Origin: Octopus vulgaris | Lineage: Eukaryota | Assembly: GCA_951406725.2 (NCBI GenBank) | Contig: OX597833.1 | Location: forward strand, 9,486,001-9,550,000 | Length of the DNA stretch: 64,000 bases | Direction of reading: 5' to 3' | In this document: in pieces, positions 40,723-55,101 of the stretch | How positions within the stretch are numbered: the first letter of the stretch is position 1 | Layout of the letters: every line of letters begins with the position of its first letter | Made by a program: the position numbers and the translations under genes | Notes under the pieces: generated by a model | Databases searched by the model: none | What the model was told of the DNA's origin: nothing | Seen by the model: only the letters and a program-made list of their open reading frames with translations

Positions 40723-41195
40723 GTAAATAACGACAAAATTGCATATTCTCTTAACTACATAATTAAGGGAGATAACTAAAAAATAACTTCAAGACTTACT
40801 TCCCTAGAATCATATAAAAAAAGACGTGACTGTTTGATCTCTCAGTGTGTTCCTTTTCCGCTTGCAAAGGGGACATAAGCATTCGCGCACGAAGAGACAC
40901 ACACATATACAACTTTTCTGCTGGTACCTTTAACAAATAAGCATTGGCCAGCTTATAATTTACATTTAATAACACACCACAACTATATAAAGTACTAACA
41001 ATATCTAGTACTACCCTTTGGACTTAATCAGGTTTTTATTTTGTTTTAGTTAGTATATATGCGTATATACACGTATGTATGTATGTATGTATGTATGTAT
41101 GTATGTATGTATGTATGTATGTATGTATGTATGTATGTATGTATGTATGTATGTATGTATATATGTATATATGTATGTTGGTATGTATGTATACA

Positions 41196-42015
41196 TAACC
41201 TTGAACTCTCAACCTTGAACTTGTTCGCATAAACTGCCCCGTTCGTTTTATTTTTATTTTCTCATATATTATCCTTTTTTTACATTCATTTCATCTGCAC
41301 GCATTTTTTTTCTCTCCTTCTTTCTGTGTTCCTTCTCTGTGTATCTTTCTGTTGAAGAGCGTAGGCTCGAAACGTTAAAGACTTGTTTTATTTATATTTC
41401 CTGAGCACCATACTAATACAATTGTTTGTTTGTATTCCACCTGCCTTCGTCTTTTGTTTATTTCCGTAAACCTGCCTTCGTCTTTTGTCTATTTTCATAA
41501 AGCTTCCCGTTATATATTACGCGCTCACGTGGTCTCACTTTCATCCTATATTCTACCAACACCACTTTCAACTCTTACCTCTACATTGGATTTTCTTTAC
41601 CCCTTGGATACTTACCATTGGCTGCACCTCTCTTTCACGGATCAAAGTGACTTTGTTATTGATGTGAAATCCTTAAAAAAATATACCACGACGTCTATAC
41701 ATTTCTAACCTTGAACTCTCAACCTTGAACTTGTTTGCATAAACTGTCCCGTTCGTTTTATTTTTATTTTCTCATATATTATCCTTTTTTTACATTCATT
41801 TCATCTGCACGCATTTTTTTCTCTCCTTCTTTCTGTGTTCCTTCTCTGTGTATCTTTCTGTTGAAGAGCGTAGGCTCGAAACGTTAAAGACTTGTTTTAT
41901 TTATATTTCCTGAGCGCCATACTAATACAATTGTTTGTTTGTATTCCACCTGCCTTCGTCTTTTGTTTATTTCCGTAAACCTGCCTTCGTCTTTTGTCTA
42001 TTTTCATAAAGCTTC
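41196..42015 (+). mobile_element. ORF-less element: two ~311-bp direct repeats, each with a hammerhead-like motif (retrozyme or PLE pLTR-like)
   Basis: 41196-41506 matches 41706-42015, with a 199-bp spacer. Motif TCTTT-CTGTTGA-A-GAGC-GTAG-GCTC-GAAA-CGTT-AAAGA at 41344-41381 and 41853-41890. Confidence 0.7.
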
Positions 42016-42049
42016 ATATATATATACATATACAGATATATATATATAT

Positions 42050-42109
<60 letters not shown>

Positions 42110-42128
42110 GGTTGTATATATATAAAAG

Positions 42129-42458
42129 ACCCCCTTCGGTCATGATTGACCATGGGTTTGCACCTAGAGAGTTACCCTCTGAGGCACAAGTCTGGGCAAG
42201 GTTGTTTTTATGGAAGACCAGTAGTCGCCCATGCATACCGGCCTCTCCTCTCCACGCCACCAGTGTTATCCAAGGGAAAGACAAAGGTCGATACAGCTTG
42301 GCACCTGTGACGTCGCAACTCATTTCTACAGCTGAGTGAACTGGAGCAACGTGAAATAAAGTGTCTTGCTCAAGAACACAGCACGCAGCCCGGTCCGGGA
42401 TTCGAACTTACAACCTCACGATCGTAAGCTCGACGCTCTAACCACTGAGCCATGCGCC
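42129..42458 (-). mobile_element. tRNA-derived SINE family C, apparently full length
   Basis: Minus strand GGCGCATGGCTCAGTGGTTAGAGCG (A box) ... GTTCGAATCCC (B box) ... TGTGTTCTTGAGCAAGACACTT. (TA)n flanks. Confidence 0.85.
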
Positions 42459-42499
42459 TATATATATATATATATATATATGTATCTATATATATTTTA

Positions 42500-42736
42500 T
42501 ACTCATTTACTCTTTTACATGTTTCAGTCATTTGTCTGGAAACATGCTGGAGCACCGCCCTTTGTTGAGTAAATCCACCCCAGAACTTATTATTTGTAAG
42601 CCTTATACTTATTCTATCCGTCTCTTTTGCCGAACCGCTATGTTACGGGGACGTAAACACACCAGCATCGGTTGTGAAGTGATGTGTGGGGGACAAACAC
42701 AAACACAGAAGCATATACACACACATATAAATATAC

Positions 42737-42804
<68 letters not shown>

Positions 42805-42952
42805 GACGGGCTTCTTTCTGTTTCCGTGTACTCACAAAGCTTTGGTCGGTCCGAGGCTATAGTAGAAGACCGTCGCCCATGGTGTCACGTAGTGGGATTG
42901 AACCCAGAACCATGTGGTTGGTAAACAAGCTACTTCCGATACAGTCACTCCT
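42500..42952 (-). mobile_element. SINE family A (head, internal microsatellite, tail)
   Basis: Reverse complement of the 39960-40722 layout. Confidence 0.8.
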
Positions 42953-44201
42953 GTTTGTTAACCTGACAACTAGTTCAAGGTGAGCTCTGATTGGTTGTAT
43001 GCAAACGAGCTCATTAATAGTGTCCGGAGCTCTCGTGGGAGAAAAAAACTTTCGCGGCTGGGTCACATGAGAAGATGTGACCACCTTATTGTGGACTGTG
43101 CTTACACACGCACAAACAGACACACACATTGATACATGCAAAGACGCACACTCGTAGGTATTTCTGCTTTAAGAATGTTGACCTTACAACCGTGACATTC
43201 TGAAGAAATTGTATGTGTGTGTTGGTCAGCCAATGTGTGTGTGTGTGTGTGTGTGTGCTTTAAATTCTCTGTCCGTGTGCGCGCACGTATTTTTGCAAGA
43301 GTGTTTTAAGCTCATAGTTTGTGCGTGTGTGTGTTTGTGTGAGTGTGTGTATACATTATTTTTTCATTTTTGTGTGTGTGAGTATATAACTGTATGTTTT
43401 TATTTCTCTGTTAGTGTGTGTGTGTGTGTGTGTGTGTTGTCCGTGTGTGTGAGTGTTTGAGTGTGTGTGTGTGTGTGTGTGTGTGTTTGTCCGTGTGTGT
43501 GAGTGTTTGAGTGTGTGACTATATTTCCATTTCTCTGTGTGTGTGTGTTTGTGCATTTGTCTGTGTGTGTGTTTTCATTTCAGTGATTGAGTGTGTGAGA
43601 ATATTTTTATTTCTGTGTGTGCGTGTGTGTGAGCGACTGTGTGATTTATTTCTGTGTGCGTGCGACAATTACAGCTACAACAAACACTTTAAGCATCTCT
43701 AAGATACCCACATTTGCAGATCACTAACTACTAAATCAAAAGAAATCACAATTTATTGAATCTTTAGCGACTTAAAATATTGCACATATTTTTCTCATAT
43801 GGTGACAATGTATTATTTCACAAGTGGATAAAACAAATTCTCATACTGGCGTGGAGGAGGCTGATATTCTCTCTGCAGGTGTTAAGCACACAATGACCCC
43901 CGTATCTACGTACCTGGATCGGCCATAATTGGTTTCATTTGGAGAACTCTCGGGTGTGGAATATTTATGACTATAGAAGTTGACTTGTTACAGGCTTCGT
44001 TTATGGCCTCACTTTTGTGGATTTTGAGAAGTCCACAGACGTTACTGTGGACTTCGAAGGATTTAGTCGGCCCAAGACGATAGAAGAAAACACTTGTCTA
44101 AGGTGCCACGCAGTGGGACTGCACCCGGAACCGTGTGGCTGGTAGGCATGCTACTCCCCCCGCTTATATATATATATATATATATATCAATATCAATATC
44201 A

Positions 44202-44289
<88 letters not shown>

Positions 44290-44436
44290 ATAGGTGTAGA
44301 GGTGGCGGTGTAATAAGTAGCTTGCAAACGAACCGCAGTGTTCTGGGTTCAGTCCCACTGCGTGGCGTGTTGGGCATGTGTCTTCTACTATAGCCTTGTC
44401 CCGACCAAATGCTTGTGAGTGGATTTGATAGACGGA

Positions 44437-44487
<51 letters not shown>

Positions 44488-44503
44488 AATCTATATGTGT
44501 TTG

Positions 44504-44573
<70 letters not shown>

Positions 44574-44775
44574 TATATATATATACGGACTTTGTCAGTG
44601 AACAGGTCGCGGATTTTAGCGACGAAAATATTTTGACAAATTAAACTTAAATGTTGGAGTGAATCGAACGGCTTTTGTGTGTTTCTTAAATGGCTTATAA
44701 ACACCTCCCACGCTGCAATTGTTTTCGTTTCAGCACACGATCTCAGATCAAATTACTTGCTATGCGAGTACATCT

Positions 44776-44830
<55 letters not shown>

Positions 44831-47800
44831 CCCCTGTGTTCCAGGGGTTCCTCAGGAAAATGGATCACCTACCCCGGTGAACGACCAGGTAGTGAAGGAT
44901 AGGAGAGCCAAGGGAGCAGAAACCGGAAGCCCCCCTGTACCAATGGTCCTACAAAGAAATGAAAAATTAGAAAAAAAGAAGAAAAAAGGAAGGACCGAAA
45001 ACAAAAATAAGGAAGGAAAAGGAGGAAAAGACAAAACAACCAAAGTTGAAACCCCAACCCACCACACAAACAGTAGAGAACCCCATGGAGGATCCAATGC
45101 CACCCAGTACACTTCTGGAAAGAAGAAATCTGGAAGGCACCGAATAACCTGTAAATTCTACCTGCGGGGCAAATGTTGGCATGATGAGGACGGCAAAAAC
45201 AGCCGGTTCGCCCACCCGACACCCCGCCAGAACTTCAGAGGACTCAAAGAGAAAAGCTTTACCGAGGGAACACAAAAAATGTCTCTCAGGAAAACTTTCA
45301 AAAACGAAGTGCCCTCCTCAGATGTTCTGCGCAACGCAGCAGCTGAGCAAGAGTCTTTTTTGTGCATGGCGCAAAGAATTGTCCGGCAGCTAACCTGGCT
45401 ACACCAAGCACAGAGAAGGAACCCTGCCCACCACTATGCAAGACCACCACAGTCAACAGACACGGGATGGCCTCCCCTAACGCCTGCACAGCCGTCACCC
45501 CAATACTTTTACTAAATATTGGGGGCCTGTTGCATCAAAATAGAAACAAAATTTCTTTCCTGAGAGATCTTACTGCATGCAATCAAGCCCTATGCATAGC
45601 ACTTGTGGAAACTCACCTCAACCCTGATATAGATGACACAGAAGTACACATACCAAACTATGCCATACTGCGAACAGACAGAAGGGAAAGGAGCAATGGT
45701 GGGGTTGCTGTATACATCCGAGATGACCTCAAACCCCAGGTCTTAATGACATACTCAAATTCGGTATGTGACACTTTAATTGTATACATAAGACAACATA
45801 ATATAGTCATATGCAATACATATTGCCCATCGGATGCCCCAAATCACACAGGCAAGTTTGAAGATTGCCTCACAAGAATTAAAGAAATCCTCATGAATCT
45901 GGAACACCACGTGACCATATTTCTTATGGGAGATTTCAACTTCCCCAACGTCAAATGGCCCGAAGGTCACATACTCTCAGGAATGAATCATTGCAAACAA
46001 GTACAGGTGGAGTCCCTGCTCAACCTCACCAATGCCTTATTCATGGAGCAAATTGTACTCAAGCCAACTAGGGCGAATAACATTCTGGATCTCTGCTTCA
46101 CGAACAATATGGACATCATTCATGATGTGAAAGTCACACCGACATCAGTTTCGGATCACAACATAATAGAGTTGTCTATGTTTGGTCCAAAAGTAACCAG
46201 AGACATACAGCCTAAAGGAAGCACCCGAAATCTCTCCAATCTGAACTTCCACAAAGCAGATTGGAAATCGATCCAAAAAGAGATCCCCAGAGAGGACTGG
46301 CCGGAATGTCTCTCCACACCAGACATTGACATGAAACTAGAATGTGTCATGTCTTCTGTGCAAGCCGTATGCCAGAAATATGTCCCAGAGCACAAGGCCA
46401 AAACAAATAGGAGCAAGATTCCAAGAGACAGGAAGATCCTCATGAGACGACGGACGAAGGTTGCAAATCGTCTCAACCAACATCCCAAGAGTAGCGAAAC
46501 ATCCCGCCTAAAAACAACACTGATGGAGATCGAAAAAAGGCTGCAACAATCCTATGTAAAGGAGAAAGCAGACAAAGAAGCCTGGGTTATAAAAAATATT
46601 AAATCAAACCCAAAGGCCTTCTTTCATTACGCGAAAGAAACAGTCTCAGTGCACTACAAGATAGGACCCCTCCTCCAAAAGGATGGCTCCCTCATAGACA
46701 GTCCAACTAAGATCAGTGAGATGCTGAATAACCAGTTCAAAAGTGTCTTTACCACCCCGTTGGAACACAGACAAGTGAACGAACTAGTGGACTTCTTTGC
46801 CGCCTCAACTATAACCAGCGAGGCGGTTACAATAGAATGTATTGACATTAGCGAAAAAGATGTCCTACTAGCCATAGATGAAGTGGACACAAACTCAGCT
46901 GCTGGTCCAGATGGTTTCCCAGCCATCCTCCTCAAAGCGTGTAAGCATGCCCTGGCAAAACCCCTCTAGATTCTCTTCCAGAGCTTTCTTGCGAATGGCA
47001 AACTGCCAAGCAAGCTGAAGGAGAGAATAATATGCCCAATACATAAAGGGGAAGTATAGCAGATGCCCAAAATTATAGGCCTACCTCTCTGACTTCACAC
47101 ATCAGCAAAGTCATGGAACGGATAGTCAGAAAGAAACTAATCGCATTCCTTGAGGAAAATAACTTGTTGAGTGATACCCAGCATGGTTTTCGACCAGGTA
47201 GGAGCTGCCTGACCCAGCTCTTACAACATTAGGACTGGGTGTTGAGGCAGTTATTCAACAAATCAAATGTGGACGTAATCTACCTTGATTTTGCAAAAGC
47301 TTTTGACAAGGTGAATCATGGTATGATATGTCACAAACTGCGTGACCTCGGCATAGCTGGAAAATTTGGAGTGTGGTTACATGACTTCCTGAAAGATAGG
47401 AGTCAGGCAGTAGTGGTTAATGGAGCCACCTCTATGAACACGCAAATAGTGCGCGGTGTTTCACAGGGCACTGTCTTGGGACCACTACTTTTTATAGTGG
47501 TCCTCTCAGATATGCCCTCAAATGCCCGGATAGCCACTCTGGCCAGCTATGCAGACGATACGAAAGTCTCGCAGAAAATACAGAACCCCAGCGATGTTGC
47601 ACACCTGCAGCAGGAGTTGGACTAAATCTACAGATGGGCTGAGGATAATAATATGCAGTTTAATGCTGAAAAATTCCAGGCCCTGCGCTACCAGCATCCA
47701 AAACTGAATATTAAACTTACAGGAAACACCGGTCCACAGGGAATTTCAATCCCAGAGCCTAAGTCTGTGAGGGACCTAGGTATCGACATGAGTGATGATA

Positions 47801-48532
47801 CCTCTTTCCAAGTGCACATTAACAGGATGGCGACAAAGTGCAGACGACTGGCTGGGTGGATCCTAAGAACATTCAGAACCAGATAAGGAAACCATTATGG
47901 TCCTCTGGCGGACATTTGTCCTCGGCCGCCTGGATTACTGCTCACAACTATGGTCACCCACCAGTGTAAAATTAACAGCGGTACTTGAAGCAATCCAGAG
48001 AAGATTCACAAAGAAGATCGTCTCTTTGCAATAGCTCAGCTACTGGGAAAGGTTGAAACAGCTAAGACTCTACTCCCTGGAGAGAAGACGGGAGAGGTAT
48101 GCAGTAATATATGTCTGGAAGATCCTGGAAGGAATTGGGCCAAATTTTGGCAATGTAAGCTACACCAATGCTAGAACGGGACGACACTGCATAGTGTCAA
48201 AGATCCCAGCAATGCCATCACGCTTCAGGACCAGCTTCTGCAACAGCCTGGGTTTCAAGGGCCCACAGCTTTTTAATATTCTCCCAAAGAGTCTGAGGAA
48301 CTTGCACAAAGTAGATGTAGTGGTTTTTAAATCAAAGCTGGACATCTTCTTGTCGAGAGTCCCAGATGAACCTACCTCCCGGCAAGAGGTGCAAATGAGA
48401 GTAGCTATATCAAACTCCATTCTTCACCAAGTGCCACATATTAGACGAGGTTCTTCGCAATAACAGTGCAGCACAAAACGGCAGTGCATCAGCATGGCCG
48501 CAGCTCTGAGTTGAAACTAGTGAAAAAATAAA
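44831..48532 (+). mobile_element. CR1-group LINE, near full length (ORF1 part and ORF2), inactivated
   Basis: ORF1-like frame to 45515 with a CCCH-like finger. ORF2 has LLNIGGL, VETHL, GDFN, SDHN and YADD. Several stops and a frameshift. (TA)n flanks. Confidence 0.93.
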
Positions 48533-48543
48533 TATATATATAA

Positions 48544-48598
<55 letters not shown>

Positions 48599-48706
48599 CG
48601 TGTGTGTGTGTGTGCGTGTATGTGTGTGTATGTATGTATGTATGTATGTATGTATGTATGTATATATATGTGTGTGTGCGTGTGCGTGTGTGTGTGTGTG
48701 TGTGTA

Positions 48707-48758
<52 letters not shown>

Positions 48759-49376
48759 GTTTGTTTGTCTATCCCTCCAACATCACTTGACAACTGGTGC
48801 TGGTGTTTTCACGTCCCCGTAACTTAGCGATTCTGGAAAAGAGACCGATCGATTAAATACTAGGCCTACAAAGTATAAGTCCTAGGGTTGATTTGCTCGA
48901 ATAAAGGGCGCTGCTCCACCATGGCTAATAACTGAAAAAATTAATAGAGAGTAAAACAGAAAATATCGACAAAAGTGTGTATTCTCTTAACTAAATAATC
49001 ACGGGAGATAACTACAATATATTCTAGAGTTACTTCCCTTGAATCCTATAAAAAAAGACATGACCGTTTAATATTTAAGTGCGTTTGTTTTTCGCTTGCG
49101 AAGGACACACTTGCATTCGTACAGGAAGAGACAAACATACACATGCAACTTTCTGCTGCTAACTTAAACGAATAAACATTGACTAGCTTATAATTTACAT
49201 TTAATTACATCCCACAACTATATAAATTACTAACAATATCTAGTACTGCCCTTTGGACTTAATCAGGTTTTCATTTTGTTTTAGATAGTATATATGCGTA
49301 TGTGGGAATCTACACGTGTATATGTATGAATGTATGTATTTATATATATAAATCTATATATATGTAAATATGTATG

Positions 49377-49508
<132 letters not shown>

Positions 49509-49539
49509 GTGTGTGTCTGTGTGTGTGTGTGTATGTATT

Positions 49540-52500
49540 AATGTCAGGTTACTTTCAAGTGCTACTGGTAACTTGTAACCCAGTACAACCTGTTGCATGG
49601 TCGGGTCTTCGGCGACTAAACCGGCAACCTCACCAAGCTTGCTTGTTGAGGCGGGTGTTTATTGGACACCATGCGGGATGAAAAACAAAATCCGTCAAAG
49701 GGCGGAGGAATTCTTGAGAGTCATCGGCCATCCAATAAATGTCTTAAGGTTGTATCATGCACGGGGACATAGAAATAATCGGACTGAATATCCGATCGCG
49801 CGGTTAAACCATTGGGAGTGAAGGACTCCTAGCCTTTGTTCAGGCATCCATCTAGGAGAAGGTAACTCAAGTAACTGGGATGACTCCGACATAAAACCTG
49901 CGGCTCAGTGGTTACCGATGATGTTGACTTGTTCTTCTTTTCGGATTATGGCTGCTTTTGCTTAGTGAGTGGGACTGACTCAGTGCACAGCCTTTCCTCA
50001 CTTTTAAAAAAATCTTCTTGCACAGGCATTGCACGATAACAACATTGATTGATTGATTAAATTGATTAACTAATTCATGATTGTTGATGGCGCTGTGAGT
50101 CTCAACTGAATGGCTGGCTGTAGCCTTAAAAAGCAAAAAATCAATGATGTACTAAAACAGTATAAAAATAAATGGCAGTAAGGACTCTGGAACCACATCA
50201 GCTGAAAGAGTTTGGCCCGGCAGGGGCTCCAGAGCATCACAGTCTGAACCCGGCCGTCATCATGCTGCTTTGATAGAACCAAAGAAAATATTGAATATTG
50301 GCTGTTGGAATGTACGGACACTACTTGACCGCAAGTCCACTGAATGTCCTGAAAGAAGGCCTGCGCTTGTTGCGAAGGAGCTTCAACGCTATGATCTTGA
50401 CGTCGTTGCTTTATCTGAGACGAGATTACCTGGAGATGGTCATCTTACAGAATCTTGTGGAAAACATACATTCTTTTGGAAAGGGAAGAATGAAGAGTTT
50501 AGAGGAGAAGCTGGAGTGGCATTTGCTGATAAGACTACTCTTGTGGACAAGTTGGAAGAATTCCCAGTCGGAATTAACGATCGTCTTATGTCCATGAGAA
50601 TTCCATTGGTTAAAGGAAATTATATGACCTTGGTGAGTGTGTATGCTCCAACTATGTTCTATACTGATGACGAAAAACTTTCTTTCTACCATGATTTGAA
50701 GGGAATTATAAGAAATATCCCTCGGGCAGTCATCGTACTAGGTGACTTTAATGCTAGAGTGGGTAGGGATTTTAACACATGGACTGTAATTGGAAAGCAT
50801 GGGGTGGGGAAGCGTAATAGTAATGGCATGCTTTTGCTGCAGATGTGTGAGGAGCTGCGTCTGTGTGTTACCAATGCCATGTTTCAACAAAAGAATAAGT
50901 TTAAGACTACATGGATGCAACCTGCATCTAAAGAATGGCATATTCTGGAATACATCCTTGTTAGAGTGTGTGACAGACAGGATGTGCAGTGTGCTCGTGT
51001 TCTTCGTGGAGCTGAGTGTTGGACTGACCACTGCCAAGTACGTTCAAAAGTGAAATTAGTCACAAAACATAAAATCTGAGCTGCAGGGATTACCCTGCCT
51101 AAAAGACTGGATGTTGATCGTCTTAGGTGTAATAGTGTGAAGAGAACTTTACGAGAGGAAATGAATGCTGTAGATATTGGGGAGGATTGGCCAACCCTTA
51201 AAAAGTCAGTTTATGATATTGGCGAGAAAGTTCTGGGATTGAGACAAAGAAAGCATCAAGATTGGTTTAAAGAAAATGATGAACATATAGATGATTTATT
51301 GGCTGATAAAAGACGTACTTTGTCACGCTATTTGTCAGCAAAGCTACAGGAAAGGGAAGTGTTGCATAGGGAACTCAAGGACGTAAAATCACGTCTGAGG
51401 CAAAGGCTCTCAGAGATGAGGGATACGTGGTGGAGTAAGAAGGCTGATGAGATACAGGCGGTATCATATTCCAATAACACAAAGCTGTAGTATGGTCTCT
51501 TGCTAGAAGTTTATGGACCGACGTCTTCCCTGATGACACCATTCCGAAGCAGGGATGGTAAAAACTTCTTCGTGATTCACAAGGAATTCTGCGAAGGTGG
51601 CAAGAACACTTTGATGAACTTTTGAATCAGCAGTCTGTAGTTAGTGAGGATGTTCTCAATCTCATCCCTGGATTACCTGTGAAGGCAGCACTCGCAGAAC
51701 CACCAAAGTTGGAAGAAGTTACAATGGCTGTCTCAAGGTTGAATAATGGGAAGTTTCCGGGTATGGATGGCATACATGCGGAGTTGTTACAGTATGGTGG
51801 TGAGAAACTTCTGCAGAAACTTCACTCTTTGTTTGGTAAGATATGGACTAGTGAATCTGTACGAGGACTGGAGAGATACAGTAATGGTGGAAGGGAAAGG
51901 GCAGCAGGAATGATTGTGGTAATTATAGGAGAGTATCATTGCTGTCTGTTGTAGGAAAGGTTTTATGCATGGTACTTCTGGATCGTCTGCTGAAATACGT
52001 TGCAGACTGTGTTCTTCAAGAAAGTCAATCTGGCTTTCGTGTGGAATGTGGCACTGCTGATATAATCTTTTCAGCTAGACAGCTTCAGGAGAAGTGTGGA
52101 ACAGGGTCTGGATTTGTATCAGGTTTTTGTCGATCTGACAAAAGCCTTTGATACCGTCAATAGAAAAGCATTGTGGAAAGTCCTCCAGATACTTGGGTGT
52201 CCTGAAAAGTTCCTTGCTTTGGTTAGGTCTTTTCATGAAGACATGAATGGTAGGGTGAATGTTAGAGGGAAAATGTCGGAGCCCATTGCAATACAAAATG
52301 GAAATAGGGGGATATCCTGGCACCGACCCTATTTGCCATATATTTTGCGATGGTGTTCTGTATTGCATTCAGAAACTGCAGATACGGTGTTTACATCCAT
52401 TATCGAACCTCTGGCAGCATATTTAATATCAGGCACTTTGCTGCGAAAACAAAGGCATTTACCTCTATCATGAGAGACCTTTTGTATGCAGATGATTGTG

Positions 52501-53714
52501 ATCTAGTAGCACACACAGAGATTGATATGCAACACATTTTTAATGCATTCTCTGATGCTTGCACTGCCTTAGGATTGACAGTCAATCTCAAGAAAACTGT
52601 TGTCATGCATCAATCTGCCCCTGGTAAGCAGTATAGTGTACCAAATATCTATGTGTATGTTAAACGACTTGATGTAGTTGATCAGTTTGTCTACCTGGGA
52701 AGCACTATTAATAGATATAGCAATTTGGATGATGAAATTCCACATAGAATTAGGAAAGCAAGTGTTGCTTTCGGAAGGGTAGAAAAGCGCCTCTGGAGTC
52801 GGCGAGACATATGCAGAAAGACAAAGATAAAGGTGTACAAGGCATGTGTGCTCCCTTCTCTTCTCTATGCCTGCGAGATGTGAGTCATATATCGATACCA
52901 CTTTAAACAACTGGAACGTTTCCATCAGATGTGTCTTAGACGGATCTATGGCATTAAGTGGAAGGACCGCATCAGTGATCATGAAATATTGGAAGGCTCT
53001 CGGTGTGAAAGTGTAGAAGAGCTCTTGTGTTAAAGCGAAGGCTCAGATGGAGTGGTCATCTGGTCAGGATGAAGGATTCAAGGATGCCAAAACAACTCTT
53101 TTATGGAGAGTTAGCTAAAGGAGAACAACCTCCACATAAACCAAAAAAGAGGTATAAGGACTTGCCGAAGGCTTCCTTAAGAGATGTTTGCATCTCTCCT
53201 GACACATGGGAAGGCATAGTTATTGATCGTAGCTGGTGGAGAAGGATTGTGCACGAGGGGACAGCCATTTTTGAGAAATCTCGAGTGGCACATAAGAAAG
53301 TAAGGTGGGATGTCAGGAAGCGCATCGCTGTTACACTTCCAGATGGGAAGGGTCTTCCTATGATGCTGACATGCAGTGTCTGTGCAAGACCCTGCCTCAG
53401 AAAAGCTGGACTCAAGAGTCATCTTCGTAGTCATAAAGCGAGACAGATGAGTGACAACCTGGCCACTGGTGGTGGTGTAACACACCATACTAATAATATC
53501 TGTCGGGCATGCAAAAGAGAGTGTAATTCGGCAGGAGGACTTAAACGACATGCACAGGTACATGAAGCCCAGTTACAACTACAGCCGGCTATTACCGGTA
53601 AAGGTTTTAGTTGCCAATTCTGTACAAGACTGGGCTAAAAAGTCACATTCGATCACACCGCCAGTAACAGTTAAGCTTAGTGCAATGGCCATACTCGATG
53701 ATGAGGGGGCAGCC

Positions 53715-53720
<6 letters not shown>
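49540..53720 (+). mobile_element. RTE-clade LINE, near full length, inactivated
   Basis: ~700-bp 5' UTR; WNVRTL, LSETRL, VYAPT, GDFNARVG, DLTKAFDTV, LLYADDC, LRWSGHLVRM; C-terminal C2H2 fingers. Multiple stops and frameshifts. Confidence 0.93.
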
Positions 53721-53790
<70 letters not shown>

Positions 53791-54027
53791 GTTGAAATAT
53801 GTTACAAAAGGAAAATATAAAATACACGTGAAAATTTAATGGGAGAATAAGAAAAAATCAACGAAAATGCACATTGTAAATAAAAAAGAAAAAGCTTTTT
53901 ATGAAAGGTAACGACAGATATATACTTTTAGATGGGATGAGGTAGTAATAAAAGTCATTATTATGAGATGATTAAAAAGTCAGAAAGCAAAGCATACCAT
54001 GGTTTCGTCATAAGCTATTCGTTCCCC

Positions 54028-54128
<101 letters not shown>

Positions 54129-54309
54129 TACATATGCAGTCAGATCTAGTCAAGTAATTTGCCTCATTTTTTTGTTAAATCTAGTTGGAACCGATAGATA
54201 AGAGAAAATCATTTGGTCATTATATTTGATTGACTGTAGTTGTTGATTTTTTCGTAGAAGCTTTTGGCTTGAAGCAGGGTTAGGTGTTTATGTAGTTTTC
54301 TGATGGTAG

Positions 54310-54513
54310 TAGGGACAAACGGAGGCACACAATCGTATACATATATACACTTGTGTACGACGGGCTTTTTTCTGTTTCCGATACGAAATCGAATCATAAG
54401 GATTTAGTCGACCCGGGACGATAGAAGAAAACACTTGTCTAAGGTGCCACGCGGTGGGACTGCACCAGGAACCGTGTGGTTGTTAAGCAGGCAACCCCCC
54501 ACTGAGATATATT

Positions 54514-54578
<65 letters not shown>

Positions 54579-54808
54579 ATAGGCGTAGGAATGGCTGTGT
54601 GATAAGTAGCTTCCCTACGAAACGCAGTGTTCTTGGTTCAGTCCCACTGCATGGTATCTTGGGCTAGTGTCTTCTACTATAGACTCGTGCCGACCAATCC
54701 TTGTGAGTGGAATTGATAGGCGGAACATACACACACACACACACATACACACACACACACACTCACACAAACATATATATACATATATGTGTGTGTGTGT
54801 GTGTAGGG

Positions 54809-54845
<37 letters not shown>

Positions 54846-55021
54846 GTTTGTATGTCTGTTTATCCCTCCAACACCGCTTGACAACCGGTGCTGGTGTGTT
54901 CATGTCCCCGTAACTTAGCGTTTCGTCAAAAGAGAAAATAGATTAAATACTAGGCCTACAAAAAATAAGTATTGGGTTCGAATTTCGCTGCGGCATGGAA
55001 TATATATATGTATATATATAT

Positions 55022-55101
<80 letters not shown>

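Noticed and set aside
40990-41052. TACTAAC plus T-rich AG in block Y as a conserved splice acceptor (or a minus-strand donor in the 55.5-kb copy)
   Set aside because: No coding exon follows and the signals are not conserved across all three copies.
42380-42458. tRNA gene
   Set aside because: A and B boxes are present, but the sequence runs into a SINE body with no proper acceptor stem. It is a SINE head.
49540-50270. HDV-like ribozyme in the RTE 5' UTR (also sought at the R4-like 5' end, 16587-16720)
   Set aside because: Only simple hairpins are visible; I could not build the nested double pseudoknot by eye. A descriptor search would be needed.
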